The notes under the pieces: model-generated
What the model was told of the DNA's origin: nothing
The model's input: the letters and a program-made list of their open reading frames with translations, nothing else
Databases searched by the model: none
Shown here: positions 34,199-48,300 of the stretch, in pieces
Numbering within the stretch: the stretch's first letter is position 1
Layout: each line of letters starts with the position of its first letter
Made by a program: the position numbers and the translations under genes
Source: Rebecca billardiae RCC1528
Lineage: Eukaryota > Protista > Haptophyta
DNA: 64,000 bases
Assembly: GCA_965240325.2 (NCBI GenBank)
Contig: OZ251224.1
Coordinates: 3,844,001 to 3,908,000, forward strand
Reading direction: 5' to 3'

Positions 34199-34694
34199 GC
34201 ACCGCGGGCCATGACTCGTCCTGCGACGATCGAGAATACTGTTACTGTAGAGCAGTCGTAGTAGTACTATTCATCGGGCCGCGCGAAGGCATCTTACGTC
34301 AGAACGAACCCAGCGGGCGGTGTGAACTGGCCTAGCAGACAAGCTGATGTGATCAAAATAAATCCGCGGATTTGAAAATTAACTTTCGAGGACTTCGTGG
34401 CACTGCTGCTCGGATGAAGGAACTCAGAAGCGGCGGCAAGGGCCCTGGAGCCAATGATGCGCGTGAGCTCAGGCCGCAGCCTGGGCCATCGAGCAGCGTC
34501 CCCCAAGGGCGTGTTGTGTCGCGTGCCCTTCGCCCACGCACATGCAGGGCAAGATGCTCCTGAAGCGATGCCGCTCGCGGCGCAGACGTCGTCGTCGAAT
34601 CCTCTCCGCCGGCGGGCCCGCCGCCTCTGCAGACTCAGCCGCTGCCCGTGCGCACGCGGACACGCAGCCAGGGTGCTCGGCGTTGGACGGCTGG

Positions 34695-36110
34695 TCAGCT
34701 TCGCTCGAGCAGGGCAGGGGCGGGGTCCAGGCGATACAACCGGCGCGACTGCGAGGGCGGAAGCGCATCATCCTGCGTGCGGCGCTCGAGCCGCGAGGGT
34801 AGCGCGGACGGGATTGACGGCATGCGGATGCCCGCCTCCTCCGCCTTGCGCTTGAGCTGCAGCTTCTGCGCAACGTTCGAGAGCATCGTGTCGGTGGAGA
34901 CGGCCTTGCTGCCGCGCATAGCGACGCCACGCGGGGTCGCCTCGGCAATGCCGCCACCCGTGAGCGCCTGATCCGCCGGCCCCTCGCGGTTGGCCACGAT
35001 CCACGCCGCCTCGAGCGCGTCCGCCGCCGTGAGCCGCTTGGGCGGGTCGGCGTTGAGCAGGCTGGCGAGCAGCGCGCTCGCCTCCGCAGACACCGGCCGC
35101 GTGAGCTTGTACTTGCCGAGGACGATGTTGGCGAGGATGTCCTCGAGCGAGGGCGCGTCGAAGGGCAGCCCGCGGAACAGCAGCGCGTACAGCACGACGC
35201 CGCACGACCACATGTCCGCCGCACAGCCGTCGAAGCTGACAACCTCGTCGACCAGCTCGGGCGCGAGGTACTGCGGCGAGCCCGCGTACGACTCGAGCCG
35301 GTTCTGCTCGTCGACGAACTTGGAGAGGCCAAAGTCGGCGATCTTGATGGTCGAGCCGCAGAGCAGTAGGTTCTCCAGCTTCAGGTCGCGGTGGCACACG
35401 CCGAGGCCGTGGCAGAAGCGCACGCCCTGCAGCGTCTGGTCGAAGAAGCGCGCGGCCGTCATCTCGGTCAGCCACACGGGGCACGTGTTGAGGAAGGAGA
35501 GCATGTCCGTGTCGCAGTACTCCATCGCGAGGTACAGGTTGCGCGGGGTGTCAACCACGGAGATCAGCCGCACGATGTTGTCGTGACGCAGCGAGCGGAG
35601 GCAGCGCAGCTCCTCCTTTGGCAGCGGCAGCTCGCGCCGGCCGTCGCGCTTCTTGATGATCTTCACGGCCGCGCGCTCGCCGGTCTGCACGTGGGTCGCG
35701 AGGCGGACCTCGCCCGAGGTGCCCTTCCCGAGCAGCTTGCCGAGCTTGTGCTCGCCGAGCAGGGTAAGGCTGTCCTCCGACGCCGTGTCGAGGTACTCAT
35801 ACCTGATGTTATTTGTGAGCGCCTCGTCCTGCTTCACGACGGCCGACGCGCCCTCGGCAAAGTAGTCCGAGGTGGCGCCAGTGGCCTTGACGCTCTCGCT
35901 CGTGTCGGCCACCTCCGCTTGCCCCTGCCTGTCGCCGCCGCGCGCCAAACTGACCACCATCTCGCTCTTTGCGAAGCTGACGACGGCCACGCGGCACAGA
36001 TTGGCAGGCCTGTTCCGCCCGCTGCCTTCTTCTCCCGGCGACGACTGCCCCAGCTTCTCGTCAGCAGGGCAGGCAAAGATTCCATCGCGGATTCTCGAAG
36101 TTGTGAGCAT
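34695..36110 (-). CDS. Ser/Thr protein kinase, CAMK group (SNF1/CIPK-like)
   Basis: LGKGTSGEV, AAVK, HRDLKLENLL, DFG, GSPQYLAPE and DMWSCGV. The start is ATG 36110 or 35960. Confidence 0.92.
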   Translation of the reverse strand: MLTTSRIRDGIFACPADEKLGQSSPGEEGSGRNRPANLCRVAVVSFAKSEMVVSLARGGDRQGQAEVADTSESVKATGATSDYFAEGASAVVKQDEALTNNIRYEYLDTASEDSLTLLGEHKLGKLLGKGTSGEVRLATHVQTGERAAVKIIKKRDGRRELPLPKEELRCLRSLRHDNIVRLISVVDTPRNLYLAMEYCDTDMLSFLNTCPVWLTEMTAARFFDQTLQGVRFCHGLGVCHRDLKLENLLLCGSTIKIADFGLSKFVDEQNRLESYAGSPQYLAPELVDEVVSFDGCAADMWSCGVVLYALLFRGLPFDAPSLEDILANIVLGKYKLTRPVSAEASALLASLLNADPPKRLTAADALEAAWIVANREGPADQALTGGGIAEATPRGVAMRGSKAVSTDTMLSNVAQKLQLKRKAEEAGIRMPSIPSALPSRLERRTQDDALPPSQSRRLYRLDPAPALLERS

Positions 36111-36452
36111 CTTGATGCGCAACTGCGCACCGGTTTGCGCTACCACCGGCGACCGACCTCCACAAAGTAGTAACTAACCCCAGCCCTACGACCCCTTTCC
36201 AAGCGCGAAGCCCACAGAACTCAACCAAAAATGACGGTTCTTTCGCGAGATAGCCCAGATTCTGGGTGGAGATGGTATGCTGATCATCCAGCCAGTGGCA
36301 TCAAGCTTGCTTCGAGCGCAACAAATGCATGATCGATTTCCGGCATCATTTGATTCATGATTCATTTCCGTCGGTCCGGAGGAGGTGGTGCCGAGCTGGG
36401 AGCTCCGGACCGGGAGGCTCGTCGTCGGACTCGTCGCAATCTCAAATCCACG

Positions 36453-37040
36453 ATGGCGCGAATGGGAGCGATTGGCGTCGCGCTATTCGCGGCAGCGGGC
36501 GCGCATGTGACCGGCGCGACGGCACACCGACCTTCGCCCCCTCGCTTGTCGAGCATCCCCGCGCCATGTGCCACCGGACGGCGTGCCGTGCTCACCTCGG
36601 CTTTCCTGTGGGCGGCTGCGCCGGCGGTGGCTCGCGCGGACTTTGCGTCGCGAGAGGATGCCGCGATGGAGACGATCCGCACGTCCAGCAACTCGCCCGA
36701 GCTGGCACGTGGCCTGTCCGACCTTGGCGCGCTGGCCGAGGAGTATGGGGGGCTCGGAACGACCACCGGAGATGTGGTGAGCAAGCTGCGCACGCTGAGA
36801 GGCTCGGAGCTCTTCAACGCGGAGGTAGAGGTGGCCTATCGCGATGCCATGCGCGAGATCGACCCGTTCCGCGTCGTCGCCGTGAAGCCGGCCCTGCAGG
36901 CGAGCGTGTACGCGTATGGGCCGCTCTACATCGTGCTTCTCGCGGTGCAGCAGCTCCTGCCCAAGTTCTTCCTACCTGCCTACTTTGCGGCCGCGGCGCT
37001 GGCGTTTGCGCCCATCATCCTGGCAGTGGCCAACAGCTGA
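36453..37040 (+). CDS. Hypothetical plastid (thylakoid) protein with tripartite targeting
   Basis: Signal peptide, then a Ser/Pro/Arg transit region, then twin-Arg GRRAVL with a hydrophobic stretch and an ARA cleavage site. Two C-terminal TM segments. Confidence 0.65.
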   Translation: MARMGAIGVALFAAAGAHVTGATAHRPSPPRLSSIPAPCATGRRAVLTSAFLWAAAPAVARADFASREDAAMETIRTSSNSPELARGLSDLGALAEEYGGLGTTTGDVVSKLRTLRGSELFNAEVEVAYRDAMREIDPFRVVAVKPALQASVYAYGPLYIVLLAVQQLLPKFFLPAYFAAAALAFAPIILAVANS

Positions 37041-37120
37041 GGCTCCCAGCAAGCGTCGCGAAGCCGTGCGAGTACAAACGCAATCATGAGCAGCGATATG
37101 GGGTCTCTATGCTGCGGTTT

Positions 37121-37199
37121 CACACCTAAATCCACCTACAAAAATCCCCAAATCCTGCGCGCATCCTCTTTTTTGATTTTGCGGAGCACGTGCGCCGCC
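37121..37199 (-). repeat. Short copy of the repeat at 17971-18414
   Basis: Reverse complement reads GGCGGCGCACGTGCTCCGCAAAATCAAAAAAGAGGATGCGCGCAGGATT...GGTGGATTTAGGTGTG. Confidence 0.75.
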
Positions 37200-38778
37200 C
37201 CCCCCCCCCGGCTTTCGCTCACGCTCAGACCTTTCGGGGGCCGGGCCGTGCGCCATTACAGTGTACTAAGTTACGACTACGTACAGTACGCTACTAATGA
37301 TATGCGGTATAACTCCGCCAGCCGAGTTCTTGAGTACGACTGACGACGCAGATAAGCATTAAACTGCGCGACGCCACCGCCTGAGACTTGAGAGGAGTGA
37401 GGCCTGTCCGGCCGACGCCGGCGCGGCTGTCGGCGCCGCCGTCGGAGCCTGCAAGGCAGAAGGCTGCGAATATAACTATTATTGCGCCGCCAGATCGTAA
37501 AATAGACGACGTCACCGGCTACTCGTCATCACATTATGATCCACCAGACCGTAGTCAGTGCGGGCGTCACATCGACACATCGTGGCTTCGTGTTACACGA
37601 CGGATAGTTTGTTATTAGCCTGTCACACGTCATCTGCCTGGTAACACTGGTATTGGACTCAGATGTACTCATGTACTAATTGACTGGTAACTGCCAACTG
37701 ACTAGTCGTCTGTACTCTGTAGCTACTCGTCTGTTACGTGTTGGCCGAGCATCGGAGCGTCGTCACACGCGGTCCCAGCCGGTCGTCCCTGATGGCTACT
37801 GATACGAAGTCATCGACTCATCGTCGTCATCGTCGGAGCCTCTACACCCTCTGGCTCTAGGCTCTACTAAGCTGAGACTCAGTGCTCTGCGCCTGAGGCA
37901 TACGTACAGTACCGTCAGACGGACAGAGCTTCCGTAACGATAACGATTCCGCCGGAAGTAAGCTATACGCGTGATCACTGCCCGCGCGACAGTCCTGCTT
38001 ATTGGGATTTTCTCGGCGTCGAAGATATGTTGCAGCCCCCGGCGGAAGAGCACTTCGGCACGAGGGCAGCTGAGAAACAGCACGCAGCCGAACAGCTTGC
38101 CAGAGGGCTGGGGATCAAGCTGGCAGCTGGCTCGCCCAAGCCGAGGGCGAGCGGCGTCGTGGCGCGCGAGTCGCCGAGATTGTATCTGCGGTAACTTCGA
38201 TGACTGCCTCGTTGATGAGCGGGTATGCAGCGCTGGCATACTGGAGCCTCGTCACCGCTTGATATGGAGATGAAGAAGGAGGCCAGCTGTTTGTACTCCG
38301 AACTTGAGTGCCCCCCAATGTATGATCGACCGGCTGTAGACGAGGGGCCAATAGATGAGCTGGAACATAGCTGGGCGACCGAGTTCGTATTCATTGATGC
38401 ATCACAAAGGCATATGTGTTACTTGTACCGGATGCTTGACGATGGCGGGAATGGTGAGCGCTCGGGGTGGTTGCTCCGGCCGCCAGAATGATGATGAATC
38501 ATTTGACATTTGTATTAGCCATGCTGTAGGCGAGCGCCGAACAGGTATACTGTAGCCCTTCATCAGCAGTGGCAGTGGGCCAGCTCAGCTTGGGAGGCAC
38601 AGGGTGCCTAGGCATCAAGCGGCTGCAGCAAGCGCGTGACTGTGCGTTGATGTCGAGAATCGCCAATTGGTTCACCTTGAACGACGCCAGCGCACAGAGT
38701 CGATCGGCGGGTAGTATGTATCATGTATGGCCACGTACTTCTCGCCAGCGGACACAATCGATTATTGTGCCAATAACA

Positions 38779-39004
<226 letters not shown>

Positions 39005-39442
39005 CGGTTGCCGGGGAGTGGCAGGCCTACCACCGCCTTAAGACTGTCGTTAGGCCAGCGTCCTTATTAGTAATCACGACGACTACGACAAGCAGCTGTA
39101 TTATACGTAGAGACATCATCATCAGTTGTCAGTCATCAGTCATAATCATGACATCGCGGTCGCAATGTTCCGGTTTGGTTGTGACCTGTCGTCCGAGCGT
39201 CGATCCGACAGACCGAGTAGTCGGCATCAGACTTTGTCAGTCGTAGTCGTCGATCCGCATCGCGTCGTCGCGCGCGCGAATGTGGTCCGAGTCGTCATCA
39301 GAAAAGTAAGTATCAGCAGCATGCAACGGGTGGTGCCGGCTTCGCGTCAGGAAGGGGTGGAGTAGATGCGCGATGCCACCGCACCAGCCCCTGCCGGCTG
39401 CAGGCGGCACGCGTCCGGGGCCTGAGCTCAGCCAGCACGGCC

Positions 39443-42471
<3,029 letters not shown>

Positions 42472-42611
42472 TACCGGCATACTCAATTACGTACGCTAGT
42501 CGTCGACGTGGCGGAAGAGCCCAGTCCGGCCGGGTGCCCGAGGCGGCTTGCTGTCCGGCAGTTTCATGGCCGCGACCGGCGACTCGGCGCCGGCGTGGTC
42601 GGTGGGCGCCC

Positions 42612-44636
42612 ATGCACGCGCCAGTCGTGGTGAACCCGCTCACGGGCGAGCTGATCTGGACCTCGCACGGCCCTGAGGAGGGGCACGTCCCGCATCGGCC
42701 GAGTGCGCTGCGGTATGGGTACGACGGCGGCGCGGTGTCGCTCGAGTACTCGCACCACGCGCTCGACCGCGAGCTTTGGAGCGGCTCGGAGTGGGAGGCC
42801 ATGCCGGAGGACCTGACGCGGGAGCTCCCCATGCGCCGCCCGCGCTACGCGCCCGGCTCAAGCGTCGGTTACGCCCCCGCGCCGCCACGGATCTCGTGGG
42901 AGTCCCGGCTCGCGCAGATTGTGAGCGCACCGCCGCCGCCCTCCGCGCTGCGCATGGGCACAATGGCGCCACCGGACGAGCAGCCGCTCCCAGCCTCGTC
43001 GTACCGTGTGCGCGAGTCGTGGGCGGCGCGGCTCGCGGGCATCATCACCGCGCCCTCCGCGCCCCCGGCGGCACACGTGCCCATCGCTCCCTCGCCGGAT
43101 GCGCCGCCGCCGCCGTCCAGCGCACGCGACACCCGCGAGGCGTCAGAGGCGAGGCTGGCGGCCATCTTGGCGACGCCACAGGCGCGTTCGGGCGCGCGCG
43201 CGCGGCCGGGCGCGCACTCCGAGCGCGCGTCGTCGCCGCCATCCTCGCGCCGAGGGCGCACGCCTCTTCAGAACCCGTTTGCCTCCTCCGCCTCACCGCA
43301 GCCGCAGCCGCCGCAGCCGCCCACGGCCGCGGACAGCCCCGCGCGTGCGGGCACGGCTCGGCCAGGGCTGCTGCGCCGTGTGGACGGCTCGTCGCCGCCC
43401 CGGCCTGGCGCGCGAGACCGCTCGGCGTCCTCGGCGGAACCCAGCGACGACGACGGCGGCGCGCGACGCAGCCAGTGGGGCGCGGTCGTGCCAGTGGTGC
43501 AGGGCAGCGCGGCCGCGCGCCGCACGCCGCGGCATGCGACCGGCGCCGCGCGCGGGGCAGCGGCCGGCGGGGCGGCGGCCGGCGCGTCTTCGTCCGACGA
43601 GGACGGCGCGGCGATCGCGCGCGAGGCGCGCAGCCTGCACATGGAGCGCGCGCTCGAGCGGCTCGGCTGGGCGATGGGCGCGCCGGCCGAGACGACCGCG
43701 CGCGCGCTGCTCGCACTACGCCGCTGGACGCAGTGGCTGCCCTGGCGAGTCTTCGCCAGCTGGCGCGCCGTGCGCTACGCGCGGCTCGCGCGGCTCGAGC
43801 GCGCGGCGCGGGCGTGGGCGCGATCGAACGCCCACCGCGCTCTGCGCAGCTGGCACGCGCGCGCGAGCGCGCGCGCGACCGCCTGGCGCGTGCTGCGCGC
43901 GGCGCTCAGCGCGCTCCGCCGCCCCAGGCTCGGCCGGGCGCTGCGCACGTGGCGCGCGGCGCGGCGCGCGCGCAGCTCCACGCTGGGGCTTGGGCGCGCG
44001 GTGGCGCGGCGCGTGCAGCAGCGCGCGCGCGAGCGCGCGCTCGAGCGCTGGCGCGCGCGCTGCCGCCGCGCGGACGGCTCGCGCACCGCTGCGCTCTGCG
44101 ACGCGCACGCGCGCACCGTGCGGCTGCTGTGCAGCTTCTGCCGCTGGGAGCTGCGCATGCAGCGCGCGCGGCTGCAGGCGGCGCACGGGACGGCCGTCAC
44201 GCTCGTCGGGGCGGGCGCGCGAGGGCACGCGCTTCTCGCGCGCAGCGCATCGCGGCCTCCGCGCGCGCTCGTGCTCGCGCCCGCCGTCGGCAGCGCGCGT
44301 GCGCTCAACGCACCCGCCAGCAGATGCCACGACGTCCGCGCCGCAGCCGCGGGTATCTCGCCGCCGTACGCCCGGCCGCACGCGCGTGAGTTCGAGCGCT
44401 ACCTCGCCCTTCTCGGCTCGAGGGGCGAAGCCGAGGGTCGTGGAGCCGGCAGCGCGTGTGCTGTGCACGCCGCGCCATCCCGCGGCGTCGTGTCTCACAC
44501 GCTCGTCACTAGTGCTGAGCAGACACGACGCTTTGAGTTTGACACGCCTGAAGGCCTGCCATTGCCAGCCGGTGGATGGCGGGTCCAGGCGGCCATGGCG
44601 CATGCTCGCTTGTCTGATAATACAAGGCGGATGTGA
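42612..44636 (+). CDS. Hypothetical protein with Sfi1-like Trp/Arg repeats
   Basis: Repeated ALRxW/FxxW motifs (VFASWRA, ALRSWHA, ALRTWRA, ALERWRA, SFCRWE) after a disordered region. It is the divergent partner of CDC48. Confidence 0.55.
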   Translation: MHAPVVVNPLTGELIWTSHGPEEGHVPHRPSALRYGYDGGAVSLEYSHHALDRELWSGSEWEAMPEDLTRELPMRRPRYAPGSSVGYAPAPPRISWESRLAQIVSAPPPPSALRMGTMAPPDEQPLPASSYRVRESWAARLAGIITAPSAPPAAHVPIAPSPDAPPPPSSARDTREASEARLAAILATPQARSGARARPGAHSERASSPPSSRRGRTPLQNPFASSASPQPQPPQPPTAADSPARAGTARPGLLRRVDGSSPPRPGARDRSASSAEPSDDDGGARRSQWGAVVPVVQGSAAARRTPRHATGAARGAAAGGAAAGASSSDEDGAAIAREARSLHMERALERLGWAMGAPAETTARALLALRRWTQWLPWRVFASWRAVRYARLARLERAARAWARSNAHRALRSWHARASARATAWRVLRAALSALRRPRLGRALRTWRAARRARSSTLGLGRAVARRVQQRARERALERWRARCRRADGSRTAALCDAHARTVRLLCSFCRWELRMQRARLQAAHGTAVTLVGAGARGHALLARSASRPPRALVLAPAVGSARALNAPASRCHDVRAAAAGISPPYARPHAREFERYLALLGSRGEAEGRGAGSACAVHAAPSRGVVSHTLVTSAEQTRRFEFDTPEGLPLPAGGWRVQAAMAHARLSDNTRRM

Positions 44637-45329
44637 ACGTCGCTATCTATATATCGCGTCATCATCTGCTATGCTGATGACCGACTGACCGGCCGCGCGT
44701 GATGACGCGCATGCACTGCACGTTCCGGACGGTTCGTTCGCCATCGGTTCGTCGGTTCGATGCCGGCGCGGTTATTCACAGCTAAAACTAAATAATGAAA
44801 ATCAGCACTAGGCCGCACGCGCCCTCGATCGGAGCCTCGAACAGCGAACCCGCCGCCCGTTATTGATGATGAATCAGACGTGACGCCGACGGTCTCAGCA
44901 GTCTCGCGGGTCTGACGCAGTAGCATCTTCGAAGGCAGAGCAGTCGTGGTTCGTCAAGGACCCAGTCAACCGTCCTGGCTGGTACTCTCCGCCATCGCAC
45001 TCGCTTCAGGGCTACTGTGCCCGCCGAGTAACGATGGCGGCGCAGTCCGGAGGAGAGTACCAGACAGCCCTAGGTCAAGCCTCAATAAGGCCTCAAGCAG
45101 GACTGTCCGAACAGTCAAGGACAAGGCTCAAGCGCCAGCCGAGCAGTAGCACGCAGCTCGCTCATGTGACATGTCCGATGAGTACATTTGTAGTATCTGC
45201 TATCTATATCTAAATTATGTTGCGTCTATGTGACGATCATCACAAGGATGAGAAGGATGAGGATCGGGATGTGATGAGAAGTGATGATCGACGAGGGCGC
45301 AGCTGAGCTGAGTCGGACCAGAGTTACGT

Positions 45330-48300
45330 CTATGTGTCCACGTTGAGCGTGATGGCCACGCCCTGCAGGATCCAGTGGCTCGGGTGGTCGATGGTGCGCA
45401 CATCCGCTTCCATCATGAGGCCGGTGCCCATCGCATTTCTGCGGTCCTGCGTGACGTACACCGGCACGCGGATCGTGCCCTGCAGCTTGAGCTTGGAGAG
45501 CTCGATCGGGATGATCTGCATGATGGGCAGCTCCTGGATGAGCACCTTGGCCGGCTGCCGCACGAGCACCGAGCGCTCTGGGTCGAACCCAGCGCCCTCC
45601 ATGTACAGGCCCTGCACGTAGCACCCGTCGGCCGGGCGCTCGGTCACCTCCTCCACCGTCTGGATCTTCGTGAGCGTCGTGTACAGCGTCGACTTGTCCA
45701 GCGCCCACTTGTACTTGCGGCACGTCGTCTGCACGAGCGCCGCGGTGTACGTCTCGGGGATGTGCAGCCCCGACAGCCAGATGACCGCGGGCTCGCCCTC
45801 CTCGACCCACGCCTTGTAGTGGCGGTGGCGGCGGAGGAAGAAGACCATCCACGGCCCCAGGTTCTTCTGCGTCTGCGGCGTGAGCTTGCGCCACATGTCG
45901 GGCAGCTGCCCGTTGAAGAGGTTGGAGCCGAGCGCGTCGAGCTCGGTCGACATGCCGACCTCGCCCGCGATCGCGCGCCGCAGCTCCTTGAGCGTGCGGC
46001 TCATGCGCTGGCACAGCTTCTCCCACCGCTCGAGCTCCTGGCCGAGCACGATGAAGGTGGGCGAGGTGTCGCCCTCCGCCTCCTTCTTGATCCGGTTCAC
46101 GTCGAACGACGGCGGCATCTTGGAGAGGATGTCGGTGGCGATCTTGTCGATGTACTGCTCGCGGCTCATCTCGCCCGCGGCCGCCGCCTGCCGCGGCTGC
46201 AGGTCGAGCAGGTCGGCCCACAGCTTCTTGGACGCGTTGGTGAGGTAGTTGATCTCGGCGTTCGGGTGCAGCCCGAACACCTCGGGCGAGTTGATCGAGG
46301 GCATCGCCTGGATCGACTGGATGTACACGTCGCGGTGGCCGCGCGTCGGCACGCGGTAGTCGTACTCGGCGTTCTTGAAGAAGTGGAACGGCTGGAACGT
46401 GTCGAAGAGGAAGTCGCCAAAGTACTCGTGCAGGTAGGTGTTGAGCACGCGGCGGTCGAGGTCGTCGGTGACGCGCCCGCCGTACATCACCTCGCCCGTC
46501 AGGTAGCGCAGCGTGTCCCACGGGATCTGCGGGTCGCCGTTGTCGAAGGCCTTGGTGAGGTAGGCGTCGAGCAGCATGAGCGACACTCGGAAGTCCGAGT
46601 CGTTGAAGTCGTACATCACGTTCCAGCCCACCTTGCCGTACTTGCGCCGCTCCTGCACGACGGCGTGGAGGAAGGCGAGCACGAAGACGCACGAGCGGAA
46701 CGCCGTGTGCGGGCAGCGCTGCAGCATCTCCTCCGTCACCTTGGAGTAGGACGCCATCATGTTGAGCCTCAGCCCGTTGGGCGGCTCCGTCACCACCTTG
46801 ATCGAGCGCTGCAGGATGCCGATCGGGAACTTGTTCGTCGGCTCGGTGGTGAGCCAGAGGCGGAAGTCGGCGTGCGGCTTGCTCACCTGCAGCAGCAGCT
46901 TCTCCAGCGTCTTGAGCCACGACGGCAGCAGGTGGCAGTTCTGCAGCATCACCCAGTGGCCGCGCTGCGAGCCCATGTCGAGCATCGACGCTGCGATCGG
47001 CCCCTGCCCCTGGCCGAGCGCCATGAACTTGAGCTTCTTGTCCATGCCCATCTTGGCGGCGAGCTTGAAGATGTCGGAGGCGGGGTCGGCGCCGGGCGAG
47101 AGGATGAACACGATCGGCGTGGTCTCCGTCGACTGCTTGAAGATCCCGCCGTAGTCGAGCACGGGCGGCGAGACGTAGTACTCGCCCAGGTGGTGCTCGA
47201 CAAAGCGCGTCGTCGCGATGTACACGCGGTCCGTGCGGAAGCAGCGCAGCACGCACATGTGCTCGAGCTTGTCGAGCGTGCTCGAGAGCCCGCCGGGCAG
47301 CTCCAGCGCCTCGGGCGCGTCCGCGTCGAACCAGCGCTGCCACGCCTCCGACTCGGTCCGGATCGAGTCGGCGACGCCGGCGAAGCGCTCGTGGATGCCC
47401 GCGAGCCGGTTGAGGTCGTGCCACGCGCGCTCGGCGACCCACGCGTGCGGCGGCGCGTCCGACTTCTCGAGCGAGAGGTTGCCCTTGAGGAAGAAGTCGA
47501 GCTCGGCGCGGTTGAGCTGCGCCTCGCCCTCCAGGATCGAGATGCACATCTGGAAAGAGAACATGAGCTTGTGCGTCTCGAAGATGCCCGTGCACGTGTA
47601 GTTGTAGCAGTCCTTGGTGAGCGTCGTGATCATGTTGTCCAGCCGGTTGTCGAGGATCGCGTCGGTCTCGGCCTTGTCGAGCGAGACGCCGAAGACGACC
47701 ATGTACAGCGCGAGCGAGAGCTCGTACATGTTGTTCAGCGCCGCGAGCGACGACATCACGAAGAAGAGGATCGAGCCGCGCTTGGCGACGGCGCGGTACT
47801 GCGAGCACGCGAGGTCGATCTCGACCGACGTCGTCTTGGCGAGCTCGAGCTTGGCCGAGATCTCGGTCGCCTTCGACTTGGTCTGCTCGAGGGTGGAGAT
47901 GAGGTCGGTGTTGTCCAGGATGTTCCCCGTCGAGTTGGCCAGCTCGTACAGCAGCGAGTCCTCGAGCTCCTTGAGCGTCTCGGAGAGGTCGGACATGTCC
48001 TGGATGAGCGCGGCGCGCTGGTCGGCGAGGTCCTTGCGCTCGTGCTCGACGACCACGTTGAGCAGCTGGTCCTCGAGGCCCTGCAGCGTGACGGAGTAGT
48101 TGATGATCATCGCCTTGCCGAACGTCTCCGGCCCGTAGTGCGGGTTCGACAGCTTCGACGTGAGGTACAGGTTGAACGAGTCGTCCCACTCGACGTCCTT
48201 GTCGCCAATCCGCACGGTGCGCGAGCTGCCGCGCTTGACAATGTTCTTCTCGAGCACGGGGTCGATGATCGGGTCGATGTACTCGTCGACGCCCTCGAAG

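Noticed and set aside
38655-38690. GVVQGEPIG as a non-LTR reverse transcriptase QG motif
   Set aside because: It is a single short motif with no downstream YxDD or other RT motifs in frame, so it is kept only as an unassigned relic.
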